Below the pieces are notes generated by a model. The model had not been told where the DNA came from and did no database searches. It saw only the letters and a list, made by a program, of their open reading frames with translations. Shown here in pieces: positions 45,847-54,948 of a DNA stretch of 64,000 nt. Origin of the DNA: Sphingomonas sp. (lineage in GTDB: Bacteria; Pseudomonadota; Alphaproteobacteria; Sphingomonadales; Sphingomonadaceae); contig NZ_JAFKMA010000002.1 of assembly GCF_017304635.1 (NCBI RefSeq), forward strand, positions 327,244 through 391,243. Reading direction: 5' to 3'. The translations under genes and the position numbers were made by a program. Within the stretch, counting starts at the first letter, position 1; each line of letters begins with the position of its first letter.

Positions 45847-45941
45847 CGGTGGGTGTCGGGCGCACGGCGGCGCTGGGCATTGCGGCAGTTGGGTGGATTG
45901 CGGACGTTGCTCTTCAAACCGTCATGCGGCAACCTATCGCC

Positions 45942-46382
45942 ATGGCCATGCCCGCACGAGGTGCTGACGAAGAACTGCTGGCCTCGTTGGCGAGGTGGAG
46001 CAGTTTAGTGCTCATCCCTGGAATGCTGTTTGTGTTCGGCCTGATATATGCGGTTTCGCCTCGTCATATCCCGCCGACAGCGGAGTGGGCTGATGGCACC
46101 TATACGAACGCATGTTGCGGGCCACTTGTTCTAAAGAACGGAATTATCAAAGCAGGTGGCAGGTTGGCTCACTACGTTGTAGCGGAGGACAAATTTGGCC
46201 GTATGATAAATGTGAGTGAGGGCATCGGTGTCAGCGGCAATGCCGTTAAGTTCGGCGGCACCTTTGTGTTCGTCCATTTCAATGACAACAGCATGGCACA
46301 GCCAGCGATCGGCGAGGCCAAGTCGATGCATCTAACCGGGTTAGATGACGACGCGGATTTCACGTTCGTCAAACAGAAATAA
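45942..46382 (+). CDS. Low-GC hypothetical membrane-anchored protein
   Basis: One TM (LVLIPGMLFVFGLIYAV); about 53% GC by hand count over 45961-46380; start uncertain (45849-45948). Confidence 0.6.
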   Translation: MAMPARGADEELLASLARWSSLVLIPGMLFVFGLIYAVSPRHIPPTAEWADGTYTNACCGPLVLKNGIIKAGGRLAHYVVAEDKFGRMINVSEGIGVSGNAVKFGGTFVFVHFNDNSMAQPAIGEAKSMHLTGLDDDADFTFVKQK

Positions 46383-46518
46383 AAAACGCAGCAGCCTCTC
46401 GCACCGTCTACCATTGGGTCGTTACCCGCCATTGTCCCAGCGTACGACATCGCGCGGTCCCTCGTCACTCCGCCACCATCGCTTGCCCTCGTCCCGCCCC
46501 CCGGCTAATCGCTCGCTC

Positions 46519-46911
46519 ATGAGTATCAACCTCAATCCCTTCACCTGGTGGACCGGCGCGAGCTGGGGCACGATGCTCGGCCTGATCGGCAAGACCAAGG
46601 TCGGGGAGGACGAGCTCGGCAACGTCTATTACGAGGGCGGGCGCGATACCGCGGGGCGGCCGCGGCGTTGGGTGATCTATGTCGGCGCGAACGATGCGAG
46701 CCGGGTGCCGCCCGACTGGTTCAGCTGGCTCCATCACCAGATCGACGACGTGCCCGACCGCGCCTTGCCGCCGCAACGGCGGTGGGAGAAGCCCGCCGTG
46801 CCCAACCTGACCGGTACTGCGCTGGCCTATCGCCCGCCGGGCGCTCTCGAAAAGGGCGGGCGGCGCGCGGCGGCGACGGGCGATTACGAAGCCTGGACGC
46901 CCGACGAATGA
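46519..46911 (+). CDS. NDUFA12-family protein
   Basis: VGEDELGNVYY, RRWVIY and ASRVPPDWFSWLHH motifs. Confidence 0.9.
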   Translation: MSINLNPFTWWTGASWGTMLGLIGKTKVGEDELGNVYYEGGRDTAGRPRRWVIYVGANDASRVPPDWFSWLHHQIDDVPDRALPPQRRWEKPAVPNLTGTALAYRPPGALEKGGRRAAATGDYEAWTPDE

Positions 46912-47588
46912 ACACGCGCCGCGTCGTCGGCATCGCGGCGGCGCTGGCGGGGGTCGGCGCGCTGGGCTGGGCGGGATACGACCATTTCGTCGCGCGCGCG
47001 CCCGCGCCGCAGCAGCAGACCGCGACGGCCGAGCCGCCGGCGACCTCGCTCGACGATATCGGCGTGTCCGGCGGGGTCGAGACGGTCGACGTGTCGGGCG
47101 ACGCCAACCCCGAGGCCGGCACGACGCCGATGAAGGATCGCGTCGCGGTGCTCGGCCTGCTCAACAAGCGTAACGGCCAAGCGCGCGACCTGAAGCTGAA
47201 ACCCGGCGAGGCGGCGCGGGTCGGCAACGTCGTCGTCCGCCTGCGCGCGTGCGAACAGACCGCGCCGTGGGAGGCCGAGCATTATACCGGCGCGTTCGTC
47301 CAGCTCGACATCGAGCAGAGCGACAAGAGCTGGAAGCGGGTGCATTCGGGCTGGCTCTACAAGGAGCGGCCGTACCTCAACGTCGTGCAGGATCCGGTCT
47401 ACGACGTCTGGGTCAAGAGCTGTACGATGTCCTTCCCCACCGGCGGGCCGGACACGGTGTCGGCGGCGGCTGCGGCGGCGAGCGGGGCCAGGCGATCGAG
47501 CGCGCCGAAGTCGCCTACGGCCGGGACGGCGGCGACCGACGATGCCGCGCCGAGCGAACCGAGTGCCGCGCCCAGCAACGCGACGTAA
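46908..47588 (+). CDS. DUF2155-family protein
   Basis: RVAVLGLLNKRNG, RLRACE, GAFVQL, SGWLY and DPVYDVWVKSC. Confidence 0.85.
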   Translation: MNTRRVVGIAAALAGVGALGWAGYDHFVARAPAPQQQTATAEPPATSLDDIGVSGGVETVDVSGDANPEAGTTPMKDRVAVLGLLNKRNGQARDLKLKPGEAARVGNVVVRLRACEQTAPWEAEHYTGAFVQLDIEQSDKSWKRVHSGWLYKERPYLNVVQDPVYDVWVKSCTMSFPTGGPDTVSAAAAAASGARRSSAPKSPTAGTAATDDAAPSEPSAAPSNAT

Positions 47589-48154
47589 TCGCGCCGGCTG
47601 ATCTCGACCGCGCCGAGCGAGGCGAGGTGATCGGTCATGAACTGGCAATCGAGCAGGCGGAAACCCCCGACGCGGAGCCGTGCGACCAGCCAGGCGAGCG
47701 CGACCTTCGACGCGTCGGTCGCGCGGCTGACCATCGATTCGCCGAAGAACGCTTGCCCGAGCGCCAGGCCGTACAGCCCGCCGACCAGCCGTTCGCCGTC
47801 CCAGCATTCGACCGAATGGGCATGGCCACGCGCGTGGAGGGTCGCGAAGACGCGCTCGATCGTGGCGTTGATCCACGTTTCCGGGCGATCGCCGGCGCTT
47901 TCGGCACACAGCGCGACGACCCGTTCGAATGTCGTGTCGGCGGTGACGCGGAAACGGTCGCTCGCGATCGTCTTGCGGAGCGAGCGGGAGAGGTGGAAAC
48001 CGTCGAGCGGCAGGATCGCGCGGCGGTGCGGCTCGACCCAATAGACCCCGGCGGCATCGCGCGCGTCCGCCATCGGGAACACGCCGGCGGCATAGGCGAC
48101 CAGCACGCGGTCGGCGTCGAGCACTTCGTAGGACGGTTCGGGCAGGTGCCGCAT
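47399..48154 (-). CDS. aat: Leucyl/phenylalanyl-tRNA--protein transferase
   Basis: AYAAGVFPMA, SRSLRK, ETWIN, AHSVECW, FFGESMVS, DASKVAL and LLDCQF. Confidence 0.93.
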   Translation of the reverse strand: MRHLPEPSYEVLDADRVLVAYAAGVFPMADARDAAGVYWVEPHRRAILPLDGFHLSRSLRKTIASDRFRVTADTTFERVVALCAESAGDRPETWINATIERVFATLHARGHAHSVECWDGERLVGGLYGLALGQAFFGESMVSRATDASKVALAWLVARLRVGGFRLLDCQFMTDHLASLGAVEISRRDYVALLGAALGSLGAASSVAAVPAVGDFGALDRLAPLAAAAAADTVSGPPVGKDIVQLLTQTS

Positions 48155-48319
48155 CACGATCGCCAAACCTCCGTCATGCCGAACGCGTTTCGGCATCCGC
48201 CGCGCAATAACGCGAGTCGTTGTGTGGGGCACGGTGGACCGTGAAACAAGTTCAGGGTGACGGCTGGGTGAGGGGCGGCCGGCTTATCGCGATCTGCGGC
48301 CTTGCCTTGTTTTTACTTC

Positions 48320-48422
48320 CCACCCCGGCGAAAGCCGGGGCCCAGGTGGGTGACGCCATTAAAGAGCGCTGCGCTCCGTTACCACCACCTTCCCAACTGG
48401 GCCCCGGCTTTCGCCGGGGTGG
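48320..48422. repeat. REP-like double-palindrome element, copy 4
   Basis: Perfect 26-bp inverted arms CCACCCCGGCGAAAGCCGGGGCCCAG (48320-48345 / 48397-48422). Confidence 0.92.
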
Positions 48423-48446
48423 CATCTAAGGCTTGGGGAGACGATC

Positions 48447-49157
48447 TCACGCCAGCCACTGCTCCACCGCGCGCCACAACCCCGCGAACGCCTCCGCCGC
48501 CGGCGAGCGCGGGGCGAAGACGCCGACGGGGGCGCGGCGGACACCCATCTGTTCGATCACACTCGCCATCGGGATGGCGGGCCAGCCGGGCTCGGCATCG
48601 ACCACGTCGCCGTGCAGCTTGCGGCGGCGATCGACCATGACGTGGACCGGCAGCACGCGCTTGGTCGTGCCGAGATAGCCGATCAGCTCCTCGAACGCGC
48701 GACGCGACAGGGGCGAGGGGATCACCGGCACGACGATCAGGTCGGCGGCGCGCATCGCCTGCTTGTTGGTTTCGGTCAGGCCGGGCGGGCAGTCGAGCAG
48801 GATGCGGTCATACTCGCCGGTCAGGTCCTCGAGCAGCTTCGCCAGCCGCTTCTTCTTGTCGAGTTGGTGGAACAGCAGATCGAGCTCGCGCAGCGATGCG
48901 TCGGCGGGAATCAGGTCGAGCCCCGGCGTCGCGGTCGGACGGATCAGTTTGTCGGGGCCGACATCCTTCGAAAAGATCGCCAGCGCCTCGCCCTTCGGCG
49001 CCTTGCGCGCCAGCAGGAAGCTGCTCGCCGCCTGCGGGTCGAAATCCCAGAGCAGGGTGCGGCGCGCCGATTGCGCGGCGGCCGCCCAGGCCAGGTTGAC
49101 CGCCAGCGTCGTCTTTCCGACGCCGCCTTTCAGACTGTAGATCGAGATCGTGGCCAT
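48447..49157 (-). CDS. Orphan ParA/Soj-family ATPase
   Basis: KGGVGKTT deviant Walker A, WDFDPQ and ILLDCPP; no parB neighbour. Confidence 0.9.
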   Translation of the reverse strand: MATISIYSLKGGVGKTTLAVNLAWAAAAQSARRTLLWDFDPQAASSFLLARKAPKGEALAIFSKDVGPDKLIRPTATPGLDLIPADASLRELDLLFHQLDKKKRLAKLLEDLTGEYDRILLDCPPGLTETNKQAMRAADLIVVPVIPSPLSRRAFEELIGYLGTTKRVLPVHVMVDRRRKLHGDVVDAEPGWPAIPMASVIEQMGVRRAPVGVFAPRSPAAEAFAGLWRAVEQWLA

Positions 49158-49233
49158 GTCGGCCACTTGCCCCAGATCAAGCCGGGGATGCAACGGCCCG
49201 CGTTGCCGCGGGCCGTGCCGTTATGGGTTTTTG

Positions 49234-49617
49234 TTATTTGTCGCAGCTCATCGCGTCCTTGCCCGGGCGCGTCAGCTTGATCGTCTTGGCATCGCCGGTC
49301 AGCGACCAGCCGCCGGTGGCGGTCAGCGGCTTGCCGGCGGCGTCGGCGGCCAGCGCGACCGGCTGCGAGCCCGGCGGCGACTGCACGCTGGCGCTCTTGT
49401 CGTCGCTGTAGAAGGTCACATGGACCAGGCTGTTGTCGCCGTGGCAGCGATAGGTCGCTTCCGACTTGATCGACGGCGGCAGGACGATCGGCTTCTTCGT
49501 CTCGGTTGTGGTGGTGTTGGTGGTGGTTGCGTTATCGACCGTGGTGGCGGTCTTGGACTGACAGGCCGTCAGCGCGAGCAGCGCGACGGTGGTTGCGGAG
49601 AGAAGGGGGGTCTTCAT
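49234..49617 (-). CDS. Lipoprotein, hypothetical
   Basis: Lipobox LTAC; Thr-rich linker; TYRC...C pair. Confidence 0.75.
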   Translation of the reverse strand: MKTPLLSATTVALLALTACQSKTATTVDNATTTNTTTTETKKPIVLPPSIKSEATYRCHGDNSLVHVTFYSDDKSASVQSPPGSQPVALAADAAGKPLTATGGWSLTGDAKTIKLTRPGKDAMSCDK

Positions 49618-49690
49618 AGCGGGCGCGCCTTTGCCTAGCGGGAAGGGGAGGTCAAGGCACAATGTCACATGGATCAGCCGGTTCCCGCGG

Positions 49691-51046
49691 TCATTCGTGA
49701 AACTCGTCGAGATCGGGGATGCGGCCGAACGCGATCTTGGTCCCGACGCGGTCGATCCGCCCGCCATGGAAGGGCCCGAGCGAGACGGCGTGGCGGCCGA
49801 ACCGCTCGTTCAGGCGATCCATCGCGCGGCTGAGCGCCAGCCCGCGCGTCTCGCGCGCCAGCGGGTCGTCGGGATCGAGGCGCGCGAACAGCGAGCCCTG
49901 CTCCCCCGCGATCGGCGCGAGCGCGGTCAGCGTCACCCCGACCATCCGCACACGCAAGCTGCCGTGCCGCCGCCGCCCTTCCGCCGCGAGGCGCGGGAAC
50001 AGCGCGTCGAGCGCGCCAAGCAGCTGGAAACTGTCCTGCGTCGCCGCGACCGCGCGGCTGGTCTGCCACACCGTCTTGTCATCCTCGAACCGGACGTGGA
50101 GCACCAGCTGGCGGCTGACATAGCCCTTGCGCCGCAGCCGGCTGGCCGCTTTGAGCGCGAGGCGGCGCGCGGTCAGCCGCACCGGCTCCAGCCCGCGCTT
50201 GTTGGGCGACAATACGTGGCTGTGGCCGATCGATCGCGTCTGCGTCGGCTTGTCGCTGAGATCGACGCCGTGGAGCAGGTACCAGAGCCGGTCGCCATTG
50301 GTTCCGCCCCATGCCGTGCCGGCATCGCGCGGGCGGCGTTCGCACAGTTGGCGGATGTCGTTGACGCCGTCGCGCGCCAGTCGCCTTTCCATCTTCGCGC
50401 CGATCCCGCTGATGTCGCGCAGCTTCAGGTCGTAGAGGCGGTGAGGCAGGTCCTCGGCGGCGAACACGACCAGGCCATCGGGTTTCTGCAGGTCCGACGC
50501 CAGCTTCGCGAGCAGGCGGTTCGGCGCGATCCCGACCGAGGAGGTCAGGCACGCGCCGACATTGGCGCGGATGCCCGCCTTGATCCGCTTGGCCAGCGCG
50601 ACGGCCGCTTGCCGTGAGTTCTCATTGTCGAGCAGACGGCAGGCGACTTCGTCGATCGAACAAACCCTGGTAACGGGTACATGCCGCCAGATCTCGGCGA
50701 CGATCGCGTCGTGGAACTCGACATAACGCTGGTGCTGTGCAGGGGCGATCAGCAGCTCGCGGCACAACCTTTTCGCCTCCCACACCGGGGTGCCGGTCGA
50801 AATGCCGTAGCGCTTGGCCTCGACCGAGGCGGCGATCGCGACCGTGGTGTCGGAGCCGACCGGTGCCACGATCACCGGCTTGCCGCGCAAGGCTGGATCG
50901 AGCTGCTGCTCGACGCTGGCGAAATAGGAGTTGAGGTCGAGGAACAGCCAGCGCAGCGGTCGCGGGGGCAGGGTCAGGTCGTGGACGATGGCATTCGCAG
51001 CGCCGTCGTGGCTGAGGGGGATCGACTCGGCACATAACGACTGCAT
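49691..51046 (-). CDS. Y-family DNA polymerase (DinB-like)
   Basis: FLDLNSYFASVEQ, EAKRYG, CSIDE, LAKLASD and ISGIG; start uncertain. Confidence 0.92.
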   Translation of the reverse strand: MQSLCAESIPLSHDGAANAIVHDLTLPPRPLRWLFLDLNSYFASVEQQLDPALRGKPVIVAPVGSDTTVAIAASVEAKRYGISTGTPVWEAKRLCRELLIAPAQHQRYVEFHDAIVAEIWRHVPVTRVCSIDEVACRLLDNENSRQAAVALAKRIKAGIRANVGACLTSSVGIAPNRLLAKLASDLQKPDGLVVFAAEDLPHRLYDLKLRDISGIGAKMERRLARDGVNDIRQLCERRPRDAGTAWGGTNGDRLWYLLHGVDLSDKPTQTRSIGHSHVLSPNKRGLEPVRLTARRLALKAASRLRRKGYVSRQLVLHVRFEDDKTVWQTSRAVAATQDSFQLLGALDALFPRLAAEGRRRHGSLRVRMVGVTLTALAPIAGEQGSLFARLDPDDPLARETRGLALSRAMDRLNERFGRHAVSLGPFHGGRIDRVGTKIAFGRIPDLDEFHE

Positions 51047-51050
51047 TTCG

Positions 51051-51065
51051 GAACATTAACAGAAC
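51051..51065. promoter_or_regulatory. Alphaproteobacterial LexA (SOS) box
   Basis: GAAC-ATTAACA-GAAC (GTTC-N7-GTTC on the gene strand), 4 bp from the polymerase start. Confidence 0.8.
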
Positions 51066-51082
51066 ATGGCGCCGCCGCCAGC

Positions 51083-51940
51083 TCAGGTGATGATCCCCGC
51101 ACGCGGCATCGGGTTGGCGCGTTCGAGCGCGATGCGCTTGGCGATCTCGCGGTTCAGTTCGGTCGGCTGCTCGCCATACTCGCCGGGCGTCATGCCGGTG
51201 AAATGCTTGAGCTCGCGCGTCAGGTGCGACTGGTCGTAGAAGCCGTCGGCAAGGAGCTGGTCGAGATCGTCGTCGCGCAGCGTCAGCGCGACGGCGGCGC
51301 GCAGCGCGCGATATTTGCGCGCGAGGAGCTTGGGCGGGGATCCGAAATAGCGTTTGCAACTGCGCTGGACCTGCCGCGCCGACAGGCCGCTGCGCGCGAC
51401 CAGCACGTCGACATCGGGCACCGACGCGTCGGCCAGCCAGTCGTTCACCAGCCGGACGAACGCGTGATAGGGTGCGTGCCGCCGCTCCATCAGCGTGACC
51501 AGCATCGCCTGGAAGATCGCGATGCGCGCGTCGAAATCGGCGGTCGCGCGCAATGCCGCCTGCGTCTCGACGACGATGTCGCCGAATAGGTCGCGGGCGT
51601 CGAACGCGCGATTGGCGGCGGCCGACGCGTCCATCGGCACCAGGCTGGCCCAGCCCTCCGGCATCAGCCCGACCCCGATCACGTCGATCACGCCCTCGCC
51701 GCGGATCTGCGACGAGCCGGTGGTCGGGCCGAGGACGTAGATATCGGGCATCGTCTGCGCAGTCCCGTCGACGAAGCGATAGGTGCCGGTATCGCCGCGC
51801 AGGACGAAGCGGAACTGCGCGAAGTCGGCGCGGTCGACCGCTTCGAAAAGGCCGCCGCTCTGGCTGACAGTGTAGAAGAACGAGAAGTGTTCCGCGAGAT
51901 CGGCGCTCGGTTGCCGATAGTCTATGCGAATGTCCGACAT
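51083..51940 (-). CDS. AraC-family transcriptional regulator
   Basis: LSARQVQR...YFGSPPK...R and GFYDQSHLTRELKHFTGMTP. Confidence 0.9.
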   Translation of the reverse strand: MSDIRIDYRQPSADLAEHFSFFYTVSQSGGLFEAVDRADFAQFRFVLRGDTGTYRFVDGTAQTMPDIYVLGPTTGSSQIRGEGVIDVIGVGLMPEGWASLVPMDASAAANRAFDARDLFGDIVVETQAALRATADFDARIAIFQAMLVTLMERRHAPYHAFVRLVNDWLADASVPDVDVLVARSGLSARQVQRSCKRYFGSPPKLLARKYRALRAAVALTLRDDDLDQLLADGFYDQSHLTRELKHFTGMTPGEYGEQPTELNREIAKRIALERANPMPRAGIIT

Positions 51941-51975
51941 ATGCCCGCCGCCCCCCGACGTCGAATTGTTCTACA

Positions 51976-52530
51976 TCATTGTGGTGCTTGGGGAAATCCC
52001 GTCGTTCGCCTGTCTTCGCCGAGAGTTGTACGCAGAGCATCCCATGCGGGTCGTTTCGCGGCGAGGCCGATCGTGTGGAGCGGGCTGCTCGACGGAAGGG
52101 CGATCAGGTCGATGCGGTCGAGGCCGGCCGCGCGCATCTGACGCAGGCCGATCGCCGCCGCGGTGCCGCCGTTGAACGCGATCGCACGCAGATCGGGCAG
52201 GGTGGCGGCGAGCGCGGGCAGGTCGTTGGCGGCGGGATCGCGGATGGCGGCGTCGCTGCTGCCAGTGCGCGCGGCGCTGGCGACGACGTCCCACAGGCCG
52301 ATCTTGGCGGTGAGCAGCGCCGCCAGCCGCGCGTCGTAGTCGAGCGCCACAAGGTCCGTGCCGGCGACCGGCGACAGCAATTGCCAGAACTGGTTCTGCG
52401 GGTGCGCGTAATAGCGCCCCGCCGCCAGGCTGCGCTCGCCGGGCAGGCTGCCGCAGATCAGCAGCCGGGTCGCCGCATCGACCACCGGCGCGAACGATCG
52501 CTTGCGGATATCGGGCGGGGCGGGGGGCAC
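51976..52530 (-). CDS. UDG-superfamily DNA-deoxyinosine glycosylase
   Basis: LICGSLPG, YYAHPQNQFW, GLWDVV, AFNGG and LPSSS motifs. Confidence 0.88.
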   Translation of the reverse strand: MPPAPPDIRKRSFAPVVDAATRLLICGSLPGERSLAAGRYYAHPQNQFWQLLSPVAGTDLVALDYDARLAALLTAKIGLWDVVASAARTGSSDAAIRDPAANDLPALAATLPDLRAIAFNGGTAAAIGLRQMRAAGLDRIDLIALPSSSPLHTIGLAAKRPAWDALRTTLGEDRRTTGFPQAPQ

Positions 52531-52616
52531 AAACGCGGCGTATCGGGCGACGCGCGACGGTGCAACTTGAGTGGCGGCGGCGACACGCTATGCTCGGGGT
52601 CGAGCGGAGGGTGCGG

Positions 52617-52862
52617 ATGAAGCGAACGACGTGCGGGACAGCGGTCGCGCTGCTGGTGCTGGCGGCCTGTGGCAAGAGCAGCGATCCGGTCGGCGAAAAC
52701 TCCGCCGGCTCGGTCCGGACCACGGCGGTCGGCACGATCGTCGGCAGCGAACCGACCGCGACCCCGAGCGCCACGCCGTCGCCGCTGGTCGAGGCGCCGG
52801 CGCCCGACGCGATCACCGGAGCCGACAACGCGACCACCACCGTAACGACCAATGCGCAATGA
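52617..52862 (+). CDS. Small low-complexity lipoprotein
   Basis: GGAGG RBS; lipobox LAAC; Thr/Pro/Ala-rich; 81 aa. Confidence 0.7.
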   Translation: MKRTTCGTAVALLVLAACGKSSDPVGENSAGSVRTTAVGTIVGSEPTATPSATPSPLVEAPAPDAITGADNATTTVTTNAQ

Positions 52863-52890
52863 CCTGTCGGACAGCCCGCTCCGGCCGTTG

Positions 52891-52919
52891 TCGACAAACC
52901 GTGCAATAAACGCTATATA
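52891..52919 (+). promoter_or_regulatory. Sigma-70-like promoter overlapped by two palindromes
   Basis: TCGACA-N17-TATATA, 8 nt before ATG 52928. Confidence 0.45.
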
Positions 52920-52927
52920 GCGTCGCA

Positions 52928-53200
52928 ATGAAGATCGGGACGCGCGATCCAGCCCAGACGGCGCAGCGAGTGAGAGTGGGGGTCTTCGGCCTTGCCGCGA
53001 TCCTGCTGCTGATCGGTATGGCAACGACGATATTCGGGGTGGTCAGCCGGGAGAAACCGGCGACCGCGATCGGCGCGCCGCGCGCCGACGTCGCCGCCAA
53101 CCTGTCCAATTCGGTCGCGCCGTCCGATGCCCCGACCGGCGAGCCGCTGGCCCAAATCGGCATCGCCCCCGCGACCTCCCCGACGCCCGCAGCGCATTGA
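52928..53200 (+). CDS. Small single-TM hypothetical protein
   Basis: QRVRVGVFGLAAILLLIGMATTIF; C-terminal GEPLAQIGIAP. Confidence 0.7.
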   Translation: MKIGTRDPAQTAQRVRVGVFGLAAILLLIGMATTIFGVVSREKPATAIGAPRADVAANLSNSVAPSDAPTGEPLAQIGIAPATSPTPAAH

Positions 53201-53352
53201 GCGTGGGAAAATCCCCCACGGCTTGGGCACGGTCGGGTCAAGTTACTGAAATTACAGCTTTCTCTGTCATTCGGCAGCAATCGACTTTGGTCGAATGCCA
53301 ATCCCTGTTATCCTTCATAATCAATAAGTTAGTCGCTGATCGATCAGACTGA

Positions 53353-53386
53353 CCCATAAAATCCCAAAGATTACCATTGAATCCCA
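53353..53386. promoter_or_regulatory. Four 10-bp-phased TGGG/TGGT repeats (candidate MraZ operator)
   Basis: CCCA at 53353, 53363 and 53383; ACCA at 53373. Confidence 0.6.
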
Positions 53387-53512
53387 TGCGCGTCGTTGGT
53401 ATCCCGATCGGCGAGGATTTGGGGCGTCAATTTTTGCCGAATCATTCGGTGGCGACGGAGCGGCGAGGGTCGTTTCGCCGAGCGAGAAGACGCGCGTTTT
53501 TGGGGTCGAGGC

Positions 53513-54001
53513 GTGGCGGGTCGCGGGATCTACATGGGAACGGCGCTGCAGCTTGTCGATGACAAGAACCGCGTCTCCATCCCCGCGAAGTTCCGCGATG
53601 CGGTAATCGCCAACACCGATCCCGGCGACCTGAAATCCGGCCCGTCCGTCATGATCGGCCAGCATCCCGAATCGCCGTGCCTGATCGCATTCGACCGCAG
53701 CTGGATCGAGAACGAGATGGCGACCGCCGCGACCGAAAATGCCGGCGGCTCGCGCTTCAACACGCTCCGCGCGATCGCCGGCGGTGCCGAGCCGGTCGGG
53801 TTCGATTCGACCGGCCGCGCCGTCCTGGTCAACTGGATGAAGGACGAGGTCGGCATCAAGAAGCACGCCTTCTTCTACGGCTCGATCAACCATTTCGAGA
53901 TCTGGGATCCCGCGACCCTGCTCGCCGCCGATGACGCGTCGGTGCTGCCGGTCGTCAAGAACGCCTGCCGCCGGATCATGGCCGAGAAGGGGTTGGCATG
54001 A
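53513..54001 (+). CDS. mraZ: Division/cell-wall cluster regulator MraZ
   Basis: [23 protein letters not shown] and [11 protein letters not shown]; immediately before rsmH. Confidence 0.88.
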   Translation: MAGRGIYMGTALQLVDDKNRVSIPAKFRDAVIANTDPGDLKSGPSVMIGQHPESPCLIAFDRSWIENEMATAATENAGGSRFNTLRAIAGGAEPVGFDSTGRAVLVNWMKDEVGIKKHAFFYGSINHFEIWDPATLLAADDASVLPVVKNACRRIMAEKGLA

Positions 54002-54948
54002 CCCCCTCCGCCCCCCATGTTCCGGTCCTCCTCAAAGAGGTCGTCGACGCTCTCCACCCCACCCCGGGCGAGCTCATGGTCGACGCCACCTTCGGCGCCG
54101 GCGGCTATACTAGGGCGATCCTGGCCGCCGGCGCCGTCGTGATCGCGTTCGACCAGGACCCTGACGCGGCCGATGCGGGCCGCGCCATGGCGGCGGCGAA
54201 CGACCGGCTGACTCTGGTCGAGGCGCCGTTCTCGACCATGGCGGCGGAACTCACCGCGCGCGATGTCGCCGGCGTCGACGGCGTGGTCATGGACATCGGC
54301 GTATCGTCGATGCAGCTCGACCAGGCCGAGCGCGGCTTCTCGTTCCAGGCGGACGGTCCGCTCGACATGCGCATGCGCCAAGCGGGCGAGAGCGCGGCGG
54401 ACTTCCTCAACACCGCCGACGAAGCCGATATCGCCGACGTCATCTATCGCTATGGCGACGAACCCAAGAGCCGCCGCATCGCGCGCGCGATCGTCGCGGC
54501 GCGCCCACTGGCGACCACCGCGCAGCTGGCGGGCGTGGTGCGCAAGGCGCTCGGCTACAATCCGTCGATGAAGAAGGATCCGGCGACGCGGACCTTCCAG
54601 GCGATCCGCATCCACGTGAACCGCGAACTGGACGAGCTGGTCGAAGGACTGGCGGCGGCGGAGCGCGTGCTGAAGCCCGGCGGGCGGCTGGCGGTGGTGA
54701 CGTTCCACAGCCTGGAGGACCGGCTGGTCAAGCAGTTCCTGCGGACGCGCTCGGGCGGCGCGCCGGCAGGGTCGCGGCATCTGCCGCCGACGGTCGCGCC
54801 GGCGGCCTCCAGTTTCGAAGCGGTCGGTCGCGCGGTGCGCGCCGGCGAGGGTGAAATCGCCGCCAACCCGCGGGCGCGGTCGGCGACGTTGCGGACGGCG
54901 CGGCGCACCGCGGCGGCACCGTGGGTGAGGGCAGGGGGAGACGCGTGA
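53998..54948 (+). CDS. rsmH: 16S rRNA m4C1402 methyltransferase
   Basis: [34 protein letters not shown] and TFHSLEDR. Confidence 0.97.
   Translation: MTPSAPHVPVLLKEVVDALHPTPGELMVDATFGAGGYTRAILAAGAVVIAFDQDPDAADAGRAMAAANDRLTLVEAPFSTMAAELTARDVAGVDGVVMDIGVSSMQLDQAERGFSFQADGPLDMRMRQAGESAADFLNTADEADIADVIYRYGDEPKSRRIARAIVAARPLATTAQLAGVVRKALGYNPSMKKDPATRTFQAIRIHVNRELDELVEGLAAAERVLKPGGRLAVVTFHSLEDRLVKQFLRTRSGGAPAGSRHLPPTVAPAASSFEAVGRAVRAGEGEIAANPRARSATLRTARRTAAAPWVRAGGDA

Noticed and set aside
53200-53512. Structured ncRNA such as RNase P RNA upstream of mraZ
   Set aside because: The region is AT-rich and promoter-like, and lacks the conserved rnpB core sequences
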